64,000 nt of DNA, taken from Caecitellus pseudoparvulus. Lineage: Eukaryota > Protista > Bigyra: Bicosoecida. The translations under genes were made by a program, and so were the position numbers. Location of the stretch: contig CBFFRQ010000079.1 of the NCBI GenBank assembly GCA_965644315.1, positions 300,175 to 364,174 on the forward strand, given 5' to 3'. Positions 52,701 to 63,266 of the stretch are shown one piece after another. Below the pieces are notes generated by a model, which saw only the letters and a program-made list of their open reading frames with translations, had not been told where the DNA came from and did no database searches. Within the stretch, counting starts at the first letter, position 1, and each line of letters starts with the position of its first letter.

Positions 52701-55029
52701 AGGCGACTCCCGAGGTTCTGTGCGCGTGTGGCAGGTGAATGCCGGCTTGCAGTACATCCAAGAGCTTGGCCACGGCGTGCAGACGGAAGGCGAAGCAGTC
52801 AAGTCTCTGTGCCGTGCTGAGCGGGAGACGTACGAGGCGCGGTCAGTGGCTCTGGTGGGCATTGACAAGGTCGGTGTCTGCGTGTGGGGCATCTCCAACG
52901 ACCGTGTGGAGGGCGACTTCGCCCCTGTGGAAGTGCACGATTCGGAAGCAGATGTTGCAGGCTCAGGCGATAGCATCTTGCCGGGTTTCTTGCGAGAGAT
53001 GGACGTGCCGCCTGGACAGGGGTACGAGCCCATTCCCATCAGGCTGGAGAAGCTGGACATTCCGTTGACGGGGGAGGACGGCAAGTGCTTCATGGATGCT
53101 CGAACGCTCGTCCAAAGCACGAAGCGGTATTCCACTGGGGAGGAGCCAGCCCTTTTCGTGCAGACTGCGTCGAAGTCCATTGTGCCTTGGCGACTGACCC
53201 ACCTGGATGCCGAGCCGCTGGGCGCCACTACGAAGTGGCTGAAGTCGGCCAAGCACATCACCGCCAAGCTGCTGCCAGGGCGCCTGAGCAACTTCACAGC
53301 GCACTGGCCCCTCAAGGATCCAGACACCGGCGACTACGACACGAAGTACTTGCTCACTGCTGGGCGGGAGATCTACGTCTTACACTGCGGCAACGGGTAT
53401 GGGCTGTTGGAAGACGGGGACGAGGCGACCCTGGAGAAGGAGCGACAGGCACGCCTGCTGCTGCACGGCCTCATTCCCGATGACGGCATCCCCGTCGGCA
53501 TCGTGTCGTACTTCTTTGCCTTCCCTTCTGCATTTTTCGGGGCCACGCGAGAGGTGCGGAACAGACTGGAGCCAGACACAGACGCGTCCCGCGAGTTTGC
53601 CTCAGCGCCAGTGACGGGGCTGCAGTTGAAGTACAAGAGCCAACTGCCCCTCATTGACCATGTCCCTGCCAACCAGAAGGCTTGGGGGGCTCTGTCGTGG
53701 TTTGCGACGGTGACGAGCACTGGTGGCATCTACTTCAGCAATGTCACGGAGCAAGCGCGTGCTCTGAACCACTTTGCCGCCGAGGTCATCGAGCTGTCTA
53801 CAGGGGAGCGCATCACGCAGGTCTCGTCCATCGCGAACCCCCCGGCGGTGAAGTGGGAGGCCACTGGCGAAGACGGCAAGGTGCAGCGGCAGGTGTGGCT
53901 GGACTACGTGGCTGCTGCCACAGAGAAGCAGGCGTCCATGAGCGAGGAGGAGGAGACCGTCGTGGTGGATGCGCCGCACCCCAGCATGCCCCCTCCCAAC
54001 GACGTCATCCTGGTGGGCACGTCACATGGGCGTCTGCTGGCTGTAATCGGCGCGCCGCGCTCTGCTCATGTCACAGAGTCCTTGTGGATGGACTGGCGGG
54101 TGGTGGCTGAGATGGCACCCCAACACGAGGGCAGCATCACGCAGATCGTGCCCATGAGCAAGGACTTCCGACACAAGGTGGAACCGTGGATCAGCTCCTC
54201 CATGCCGACACTGCGGGTGGACAGGCTGTCCGCTGCCATTGACTTCCTCTTCATCACCACTGGCGCCGATCGCAAGATCAAGCTGATGACTCTGGACATG
54301 GACAACAACTTCATCTGCTTGTCTGAAGCAAGCCACGCGGAGGATCCCTCCACGCAGGTGTCCAAGGTGGACTTGAGCCGAGTGGGCGCCGGGCATCGGC
54401 CCTCGGCGGTGGAGGCCCATGCGGAGCATTCTGCGACGCTGACGGGCTCAGGTGCGAGTGGCCTGCACGAGTCATCATCGTCTGTACCGCAGGACGGCGC
54501 TGTCGAGTCCAAGGCGCCGCCTCCTTTGCCCACTCCTGCGTCGGGTCGGGCAGACAGCCCAGGCGGATTTGAAGCAGAAGAGAAGCAGAAACCTGGCAGT
54601 GGGCAAGCCAAACCAGCCCAGGGCGGCTCTCCCGGCCGCCTTTCCTCCAGTGGCAACCCTGGTGAGGATGATGAGGATCTGGATGAACACAAGGAGGACG
54701 CCATGCTGAAGATGAGCACCATGCGCCTGCTGACAGGGCAGAGCAAGAAGAAGGGCTTCGGCTCACCGGACTCCAAGGGACATCCTCAACGTGGCTCGAC
54801 CATGTCGCCCAAGGGCGGCGACCAGGTGGCAGAGGCGGAGGACTACTTTGACTTTGCAGTCATGGACGACAGCGATGACGCGCTGCGGTATGCGGGCAGC
54901 GAGAGCCGCAAGGTGCTGCAGAGCAAGTACGCACCCGAGTTCAACGCTGGCGGGCCAACGCGCCCCCTGCCCATGGTTTCTGGCAGGCGGAAGTACCAGA
55001 TCCTCGGCATCGATGGGCTGTTCATTAGG
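28774..55029 (+). CDS. Giant (~8,700 aa) multi-TM protein with long helical/coiled-coil regions, five SPRY domains and a beta-propeller-like C-terminal region; 3'-truncated by telomeric repeats
   Basis: Uninterrupted ORF of >26 kb with strong GC3 bias; first ATG at 28774. SPRY signatures are GKHYFEV (~48270), GKWYYEV (~49135), GKWYWEV (~50390), GRHYFEL (~51140) and GLWYVEM (~52021). There is no stop before the TTAGGG array; the formal ORF ends at 55989. Confidence 0.85.
29083..29151 (+). other. Probable 69-nt in-frame, stop-free intron in the giant gene
   Basis: GTGCGG donor, CTTAC branch-like motif, C-rich tract and CCGCAG acceptor. Removal deletes VRRRRVRITTLHTSHLPPNPPPQ and rejoins a hydrophobic helix (LCFLALLLTISM+VIPSLYSLY). 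Confidence 0.75.
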
Positions 55030-55898
55030 TTAGGGTTAGGGTTAGGGTTAGGGTTAGGGTTAGGGTTAGGGTTAGGGTTAGGGTTAGGGTTAGGGTTAGG
55101 GTTAGGGTTAGGGTTAGGGTTAGGGTTAGGGTTAGGGTTAGGGTTAGGGTTAGGGTTAGGGTTAGGGTTAGGGTTAGGGTTAGGGTTAGGGTTAGGGTTA
55201 GGGTTAGGGTTAGGGTTAGGGTTAGGGTTAGGGTTAGGGTTAGGGTTAGGGTTAGGGTTAGGGTTAGGGTTAGGGTTAGGGTTAGGGTTAGGGTTAGGGT
55301 TAGGGTTAGGGTTAGGGTTAGGGTTAGGGTTAGGGTTAGGGTTAGGGTTAGGGTTAGGGTTAGGGTTAGGGTTAGGGTTAGGGTTAGGGTTAGGGTTAGG
55401 GTTAGGGTTAGGGTTAGGGTTAGGGTTAGGGTTAGGGTTAGGGTTAGGGTTAGGGTTAGGGTTAGGGTTAGGGTTAGGGTTAGGGTTAGGGTTAGGGTTA
55501 GGGTTAGGGTTAGGGTTAGGGTTAGGGTTAGGGTTAGGGTTAGGGTTAGGGTTAGGGTTAGGGTTAGGGTTAGGGTTAGGGTTAGGGTTAGGGTTAGGGT
55601 TAGGGTTAGGGTTAGGGTTAGGGTTAGGGTTAGGGTTAGGGTTAGGGTTAGGGTTAGGGTTAGGGTTAGGGTTAGGGTTAGGGTTAGGGTTAGGGTTAGG
55701 GTTAGGGTTAGGGTTAGGGTTAGGGTTAGGGTTAGGGTTAGGGTTAGGGTTAGGGTTAGGGTTAGGGTTAGGGTTAGGGTTAGGGTTAGGGTTAGGGTTA
55801 GGGTTAGGGTTAGGGTTAGGGTTAGGGTTAGGGTTAGGGTTAGGGTTAGGGTTAGGGTTAGGGTTAGGGTTAGGGTTAGGGTTAGGGTTAGGGTTAGG
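55025..55898 (+). repeat. Proximal telomeric array: TTAGG + (TTAGGG)144 + TTAGG
   Basis: Perfect repeats span 55030-55893 (864 bp), flanked by partial TTAGG units. The G-rich strand is on +, i.e. pointing toward the right end. Confidence 0.98.
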
Positions 55899-56719
55899 CA
55901 ACTCACAATGCATTTCACCTCGGCACAGCTTGGCACCGTACAGCTTGAGCGTCACACGGGCGCCCCACAATGCACCTCTGCACATGTAGGACGCCACAGC
56001 GGCTACCGCTTGGCGCGGATTCGCAACAAACACAGGCTTGCACCCGTTATATCTGCCGCCACTTGCTAGGGCAGGTCCCTGCCCGCTCCAATTCATCATC
56101 TTGGCCCTCCTCCGCTACACTTCATCCCTTGCTCGCCAGCGCCAGACACCTGGGGCACACCAGAGCACACCCAGGCATCCGCGCAGTCTTGACAACAGAT
56201 CATAATCCAAATTCCTCACCCACCTCCTCTGTGGCCCTCATAGGCCTCTCTGCGCCCTTCATGAGGTGTGTGCTCCGCCTCTGCGCGGGAACTCCGGCCG
56301 GGTGCGTGGTGCGGAATTCGATCGCGCACACCAGCACCCGTGCGCACACACGCGCCCGCGCCACAGAGCGCATCGCGCGCATCAAGGGGGATACAGAAAG
56401 GAAAAGGACCTTCTTCTTCAGCCCGTCACGCCCTGGTTTCGTGGTGAGTGAGCTTGCTTCATCGTCAGCCGCCATCCGGGCCGCGGCCGTGCAGCACTGC
56501 GGCTGCACACGCGCCGCGGCCCGAGGCACGCTCCCGCTCACTCCACTGCTACTCGCAGGCTGTGTAGTAAGTAAAAGGTAAGGTCTTGGGCATCTGCTTG
56601 GGCTACCGTGGCTATCACCACGCTTCCACACAGGTTCATCACGTCAGGACACTCGTGGAGGGTAGACGCGGCCACAAGCGTGGCTGTTCCACTCCCCGCC
56701 CGCACGCCTGCGTTCCGCC

Positions 56720-59700
56720 TTACTCCTCGCTCTCTTCACAGGAACCATCGGGCCCTTCCCCCTCACCATCAGTGTCTGCATGGGCTGGCTGAGGCCCCAT
56801 GAAGTGCTGCAGCGTCCTCTGGACCTTGCCCTCCGTGGACGGCACTCGGCCAGCCTTGGCAGGGAAAAGGTGCGTGCCCTGCGGCGAGTGCGGGGCCTGC
56901 GCTGTGCCGCGTGGCCGCTGACCGCACTGGCTGCGTGCGGCCAGCAGCGGCGCCCCGCGCCCATGTACTGCCCACCACAGGTACTCAGCATGCCTCTGGA
57001 CAGCAAGGTGGTGGGCATCGGTCATACGCAGCATGTAAGTGACTGTGACCCGCCACGCCTTTGCTGTGAACTCAACCGCGCTGCGCAGGATGTCTTGCCA
57101 TACAGCTGGGGCACGGACACGGCAAGGACCAGCACGGTGGACGAGAGGTGGGGGTGGGAGAGGACAGCCGCCTCTTTCATAGAGACAAGCTGCTCTTCGT
57201 CGGCCAGCCCCCACCGGTGAGGCCACTGCCCGCAGAGCAGGAGCCTGTGGAGGTCCTCGAGGTCCCGCACGCTTCGCCGCGCTGGGTCGGGGGCACGAAG
57301 GACGGCGTGGCAGATCTTGGGGATGGGCAGGCACTGCACTTGGCCCGCCGCGGGACTCGGGCACAGCTGACCTGTTGGCCAGTTCTCTGAACTTGGTCAT
57401 CGTGTGTTGGCGTGCCATGGTGAGTTCGTGGTGGGTGCAGTGCAGCAGGATGTGCACGTGCAGCTGTACATCGGTGTTGAGTCCGCAAATCGGACAGCAC
57501 TCGTACAGAGTGGCACTGTCCCCCCATGAAGAAGCTGTAAGGTCTGGAAGTGATGGACCATCACCTGGTGGGCCTGTCATCAGGACAGACCCAGAAGAGG
57601 GGGTTCACCCTGTGTGGCAGTGGATGTAGCCACACGAAGTGCTGCGCACCAGGCCCAAGATGATAGGGCCTGGGCTTCTGCACTTGGGGGATTCGGCTGT
57701 CGGTGGTGTAGTGGGCAGCTGCACTCGGCACTGCCTGGGCTACATGAAGATACGACGCGAGGACTTGGCGACGCAGGGCCCAGGGGGTGTCTGCCGTGAA
57801 GGCCGGGGGTTCGGCCATGGACGACGTCTCGCTGGCAGCCACCCCAACCACCGCAGACCTGTGGAGGCCCGGGGTGGTCTTAAGTCCGGCAAGGACTTGG
57901 GCAAGGGCTGTGCAGCATGCTCAGAGCCAGGTGCACATGCAAGCCGAAGCTGTGCAAGGTCTGGCATGCAGCCCATGAGCCAGAGGTCCAAGAGGGCATG
58001 CAGTGCCCACGGAGCAGGGACACTGGCAGCCCGGAGTCGACCTCCATCAGCAATGGTGTCGACGATGAAGGTCGTCGACATCGAAGCAGGCATAAGGTCA
58101 AGGGCCTGCGGGATGGTCAGGCACAGAGCTCGGGCAAGAGGTGTCCGAGTGCAGCATCCGGAGAGCCTCTGACAAACATCCCAGTCCGCAGTTGCGTGGA
58201 GCGGATGTGGGCAGGCAGGACTCCGCATAGAGCCAGCTTGGCGTAGCTGTGGGGGCGCATGAGTGCACTCTGCGAGCCGACTTGGGTCCTGTCCAAGGCG
58301 AGGGCGACGCCGCGGTCAACATCGCGCAGCGGAAGCAGGGAACTGTTGGCTTGGGTGGACAGCATGTAGTCGGCGGCTGACGTGACAGTGGCATACCCAA
58401 CCAGGTGCCGCTGCTGCACATCGAGCCAGGTGGCACTGAGCAGCGCGCCCGCAGTGAACTCCGGCTTGGATGCAAGCAAGCCCAGCTTGTTGCAGGGTAA
58501 GTGCACGGGTCTTGGCAGGATGTTCGGACATCGGCACACCCAAGTAGTGTACTCGGCCACCCGTTGGATGGACTTGGTGCCAACCTTCAGCATGCTGCCC
58601 GCTTGAGGGCAGCCGAGCGCCACACCAACTTCTTCCTTTCACTCGACTGGTGTCCGGCTGCCTCGCACGGAGTTGGCAAGGATCATGACCCCGGACTTCG
58701 ACGGGTTGATGGCAAGGCCAACCTGGGCAGCGATGGCCTTCACCTCTACGAAGATTCGGTGCAAGGCCGTGGCAGACGTTGCGATGCAGGCCAGGTCGTC
58801 TGCATACAGGGTGTGGGTGACATGGCCTGCTGGTGTTGGGATGCCCACTCCCTGGATGCCTTGGAGGGGCATCTCGGGAGTCCTTGCGACAGCACATCTA
58901 TCGCAACCTTGAAGAGGAGGGGGACAGAGCTCCTCCTTGGGGGACACCATTGCTGACAGGAAGGGGGCGACAAAGACCATGCGCGTGTTGATGGAGACCG
59001 TCGCCTTGGACATGCACTCCTTGATGACGGCCAGGAGTGGCGCAGGAGGGAGGCAGCCTCAAGGATCTCTGTGATGGCTGCGTGGCTCACAGAGTCGAAT
59101 GCTCCCCGGAAGTCCACGAAGAGTACCAGGACTTGCACTGGCGCTGTTGACTGTCGCAGTGGCCCTTGATCACCTCTTGGAGAGCCAAGATGTGCTCATG
59201 CGTGTTGCGGTGTCGAGTGAAGCCAGCCTGCTCCTTCGACACCCATGTTTGCATCCAGGACTCCAGGCATGCAGCGGCCACTGAGAAGAAGAGCTTCGCA
59301 GGAGCGGGGGGCGGCATACAATCACGGGGTATGCGAGGCCGCCCAGCTTCACTCGTCTTCTTGGGGATGAGTGACCCAATGCCTGCATGGTAGTCTGGCG
59401 GCAGGTGCCGTGTTGCAACGCTTGGATGACGGATTGGGAGTAGATGTCTTGGAAGCCTGGCCCAGCATACTTGATGTGCTCTGATTGGAACTTGCCAGAG
59501 CCTGGGTGTCGATGCAAGCTGAGGATCCCATGAGGACTTTGACTTGCTTCTTGGAGGGAAGCCATGTCACTGGCGGGGTGAAGGACTCTTGGGCTGAGGG
59601 AAGGAACCTTGCCAGCCCGGTACTTCAGCGATGTTGGCCTGGGCTTGTTGTGACTCAGGATGCCAGACATCTGCTTGGCAACCTCCTCTTCACCAGATCA

Positions 59701-61930
59701 GGAGGAGATGAGCACTCCCTGCATGGACTTCACGGACCTGATGGGAGCTCGACGGGCTCGACGACCTCGACCTGACAGGCGCTTGATGCGAGGTGGGCAG
59801 TGAAGGGATCCGTGACAGCGAGTTCCCTCAAGCGTGCTCGGATCCTGGACAGAGTGACATGTCGCTTCTTCTTCACAAGCCTCGTGCACTTCCGCATTGC
59901 ATCCTTGCGGCATTGAAGCGTGGCGTGTAGCTCTTCAGTGGCCATGGAGATTCCCTCTCGGATGGCACGGGCGTGGTCTGCTGAGGATGCCGACCGGTGG
60001 CAAGTGCGAGCTCGGTGCAGCTTGGCAATGGTCTTCCGCAGCTTGGACACGCGTGCAGTCATGGACTTCTTGAGCCCGCTGGCCGCCTTGATGTCCATCT
60101 TCAGCTGGGGCAGAGGGTCACGGGGGTCTTGGCCTTGCGATGTGTGTCCATAGCCGCAGCTTCGATAGCACCGTTGAGAAAGGATAGGGCTCGTGGCGGC
60201 GCTGCCTGTCTGGAGCGCGGTGGCCCGCGAGCTGAGGGATCCTCGAAACATCGCTTGCGCTGCCAGCCCAGCCTCTGTCGCTGAGGTCCACCAGGGTGGC
60301 ACCGCCTGTACATGGGGGCTCTTGGATGATGTCCACACTCGCTTGGCAGGCTTCACTCGGACTTCTGCTGCAACAAGATGATGGTCACTGAGGACTAGTC
60401 GAGCGGCACTCTTTTTCGTCCCGCTGGAGAACGTTGTTGTGATGTGCAGTGGTCTGCTCAACATACTGTGGAGGTCCTCAGCTCATCAGGATGTGGTCCA
60501 GAGCCCGACCATACCTGTGGTGGCAGGCCACCAAGTCCGGCTGGGATCAGTGGGCCTTGCTCGCAGAGGAGCTGCATCTGCAGGATGTCTTCAGTGGGCT
60601 CGGGAATGCCGGTCCGGTTCTCCCAGTGATCTGCTCCCCACGTGCCTACCCCTTCGTCACCTGGATGAGTGTTCAAGTCACCCATGATGACAATCATGTG
60701 GGTGAGGCGGAGCTGTTGAACAGCAGACTCAAGCTGCCGCCAAACCTCTTGCCGGTACGGAAGCTTCGTGTCCGGATCAGCGACTGGCTTCTTTCGCTGC
60801 CAAGAGTGCCAGTTGGGTACGTACGTGGCTATGATGGCGATGGGTTGTGGGCTTGCAGGGATCGAGCAAGCAATTATGCAGCGACCATCAACGTCGAGGC
60901 CCGGGATCACTGAGCCATTGAGTCTTCGATCAAGCAGCAAGGCAACCTCACTCCGCCCGACAGGCCGATCAGGCGGGCTTGGGCGGAAGCATTCAAGGCC
61001 CATGACTTCCGTGTCGAGCAGGCCGTGCCCCCCAGGCTCTGTGACACAGAGTGCCAACATGGACGACGCACTGCACACAGACTGGACACAGGTGACGACA
61101 TCGTGGACACACTGGCCGCAGGAGCCGTGCACATTCCAAGCAGCAAGTGCGAGTGTCATGTGTCTTCCGCGGCCGACAGGGGTATGGGGTGCATCGCTAC
61201 TGATCTGGTCGGCGACTTGTACAGATGTTGGGATGAGTGACAGTATGGGGTCAACCGTCTTGGCTCTCTCATCGGCAGCTGCTTGTTGGCGCGTGGTGCG
61301 GCCTACAGGGAGGTACACCCGTGTTGTCTTGCCAGTGATGAGAGTCTTTGGGTAGACAGTCTCGTCCTCAGCTACGAACGGGAGTGGGGGAAAGTCAGAC
61401 CTGAGGGACAGCATGGCCAGCCGCACTCTGTCTTTGAAGGGAATCGGCTTGCCACTCAGCGGGGAGGATGAGACACGGTACACAGACTCAATGCCCATCG
61501 AGTCGAGTGTGTTCAGGCAGCCGTCGATTGGAATGTTGGTGCTCTTGAAGGGTTCGTCAGGGTTCCACAGTACAAGTGTGGACTTCTCAGCGTTGACGAC
61601 AATGAGCTGAAGGTGGGAGACACCTCCAGTGTCAACCAAGCTGAGAGCAAACGCGAAGTACACCCCAGCAAAGACTTTTGCCTCGGAGGTCATCTCTTTC
61701 TCTGCCTTGACATCAACCAGGCAGTGTCCAGACACTGTGCCGCCTTCAAGTTCCCGATGGCCCTCGTTGATACGCGTGAGCAAGAGATGAAGACCAGGGA
61801 GGAGCACAGGTGGACAGGCACTGGTGAGTGCTGCATCATCAGGCGCATGTCGGTACAGGAACGATTGAAAGATGGTCAAGCTTGTCTTGCTCGGTGGTCG
61901 GCATGGAAGGTTCTGTTTCACAGACAGCAT
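56720..61930 (-). pseudogene. Retrotransposon ORF2/pol (APE endonuclease - RT - CCHC), broken by many frameshifts in this sequence
   Basis: APE: WNVHG (~61130), LCVTEP, TYVPN, GDLN (60671-60682), SDH (60381-60389). RT: EQAGF (~59225), VDFRGAFDSVSH (~59082-59117), GVPQGGALSP/LLF (~58915-58950), LYADDL (YADD 58795-58806), GLAINPSKS, YLGV (~58540). Knuckle: CPICGLNTDVQLHVHILLHC (~57437-57496). The motifs are spread over all three frames. Confidence 0.88.
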
Positions 61931-63266
61931 GGACCTCCGAGTCTGGTGTGCCAGGGTGACGCGCGCTGCTCTTCTTCAACACAGCACAGAAGGATGTCTG
62001 CGCCGCTTGGATGGTGGCTGCGTGTTGAAGAAGGACAAGGTCATCGTCATTGAAGAGTGGCTCTCCTGCTGCTGTTTCAAAGCAGGCCTGGACACAGTGT
62101 CGTTGGTCCTTATTGCGGAACGCGTGCGCAGAGGCGAGGAGTTGCTGCAAGGGGGAACCCAAGTCAAGGTTTGCCTGTCCAAGCCGTGCTGGTCGGCGAC
62201 TGCAGTCAGCAAGTTTTAGCAGCGTAGTGGGTGCCGTGTTTGCAGGACTTGCAAGAGGTGGCTGTGCCCCGCTGCCCGATAGTGCCGCAGCTGTCGGGGA
62301 CACGGGAGGAGGTCTCTTGCGTGGGCTGGGCGAGTCCCATCTGCTGAAGGTCGGGCGCTTGACTCTGGTGGACGGAAGAGGGACATGTTCAGGGGAAGGA
62401 GCAGCTTGGCCTGACGACTCGGCGGGTGCAGATGGAGGGGAGGGCGCTGTGGGGCGAGTAGTCACGACGCCCTCCTTGAACAGTTCAGCAAAGCGCCGAG
62501 GAGGAGAGCTCTTTGTCGATGGCTTGCGTTTGCCCCTCCGTGTCTTCTTCTTCTTGGGACCGCCTTCAGCAAGGGGCTTTGGCAGTGTGCTTGGCAGCTT
62601 GTCGACAGAGGCGTCATCTTCTGGAGAGACGGAGTGTCCGACAGGCTTTGGAGCACGCTTGGCGATGGAGTGAGTGTTGGTGACATGGGCATGGACAAGC
62701 TTCAAGATCTTGGACACATCCCCACTCTCACAGGCAATGTTGGTTGCTGCCTCAGAGATCTTTTGAGCAACCTTCACTACAGAGGGAGGGGCGATCACGC
62801 TGACCCTGGCGCGCTCTGACGTGAACTGCCGCGTGTTGGAGTACACCACGCCCACAGAGCCGCCCCCCTTCAACATGATGATGAAGTCTTCTCGCACAGC
62901 AGCAGCAACGCGCAGGGACTTGGCAATGGCGGGGCCTTCACCGTCACTCGGCAGCGTGACAAGGAGAATGGTCTGCCCTGGTGCGGATTGTTTCAGCGCG
63001 GAATTAGCGCGCACCATCACAGGAGCAGCTCCAGGAAACTCGGCCTCCAGCTCATCTCCGAAGATGCCAAGCCACTTGCGGACGAAAAATGATGCATCTT
63101 GGCCATCCGTGCAGTCAATGTCCATGCCACCGAGCTGGAAAGTCCGGGCTGCCCCTCGGCGTGACATGTCAGTCAGCACGCCTGTTCGTGGCCGCCCTGA
63201 CACACGCTGCTCCAGGCACTTGTCCGCGAAGAGCACGCCGAGGACTTGGCTGGCCTTGGATGACAT
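61839..63266 (-). CDS. Retrotransposon ORF1 (or N-terminal part of a single polyprotein), ~475 aa
   Basis: First ATG at 63266. Globular-looking N-terminal ~200 aa, a basic NLS-like PKKKKTRRGKRK and a Pro/Ser-rich linker. Overlaps the next frame at 61839-61930. No gag CCHC knuckle was seen. Confidence 0.65.
   Translation of the reverse strand: MSSKASQVLGVLFADKCLEQRVSGRPRTGVLTDMSRRGAARTFQLGGMDIDCTDGQDASFFVRKWLGIFGDELEAEFPGAAPVMVRANSALKQSAPGQTILLVTLPSDGEGPAIAKSLRVAAAVREDFIIMLKGGGSVGVVYSNTRQFTSERARVSVIAPPSVVKVAQKISEAATNIACESGDVSKILKLVHAHVTNTHSIAKRAPKPVGHSVSPEDDASVDKLPSTLPKPLAEGGPKKKKTRRGKRKPSTKSSPPRRFAELFKEGVVTTRPTAPSPPSAPAESSGQAAPSPEHVPLPSTRVKRPTFSRWDSPSPRKRPPPVSPTAAALSGSGAQPPLASPANTAPTTLLKLADCSRRPARLGQANLDLGSPLQQLLASAHAFRNKDQRHCVQACFETAAGEPLFNDDDLVLLQHAATIQAAQTSFCAVLKKSSARHPGTPDSEVHAVCETEPSMPTTEQDKLDHLSIVPVPTCA

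Noticed and set aside
55894-55912. Similarity of the 3' junction (TTAGGCA-5nt-CAATGCA) to 63437-63457 (TTAGGCA-7nt-CAATGCA) as a terminal repeat
   Set aside because: Two 7-mers with unequal spacing, one partly telomeric; too short to separate from chance.
54843-56099. Minus-strand poly-(PN) and poly-(LT) ORFs
   Set aside because: Artefacts of translating the CCCTAA repeats.
56400-56480. Hammerhead-like core on the element's sense strand (CTGACGA at 56468-56462 ... CGAAAC at 56441-56436, with a downstream GTC) in the 3' UTR
   Set aside because: Stem II would close on a U-C mismatch and stems I and III have at most ~3 good pairs. Not supportable without an Infernal search or a cleavage test.
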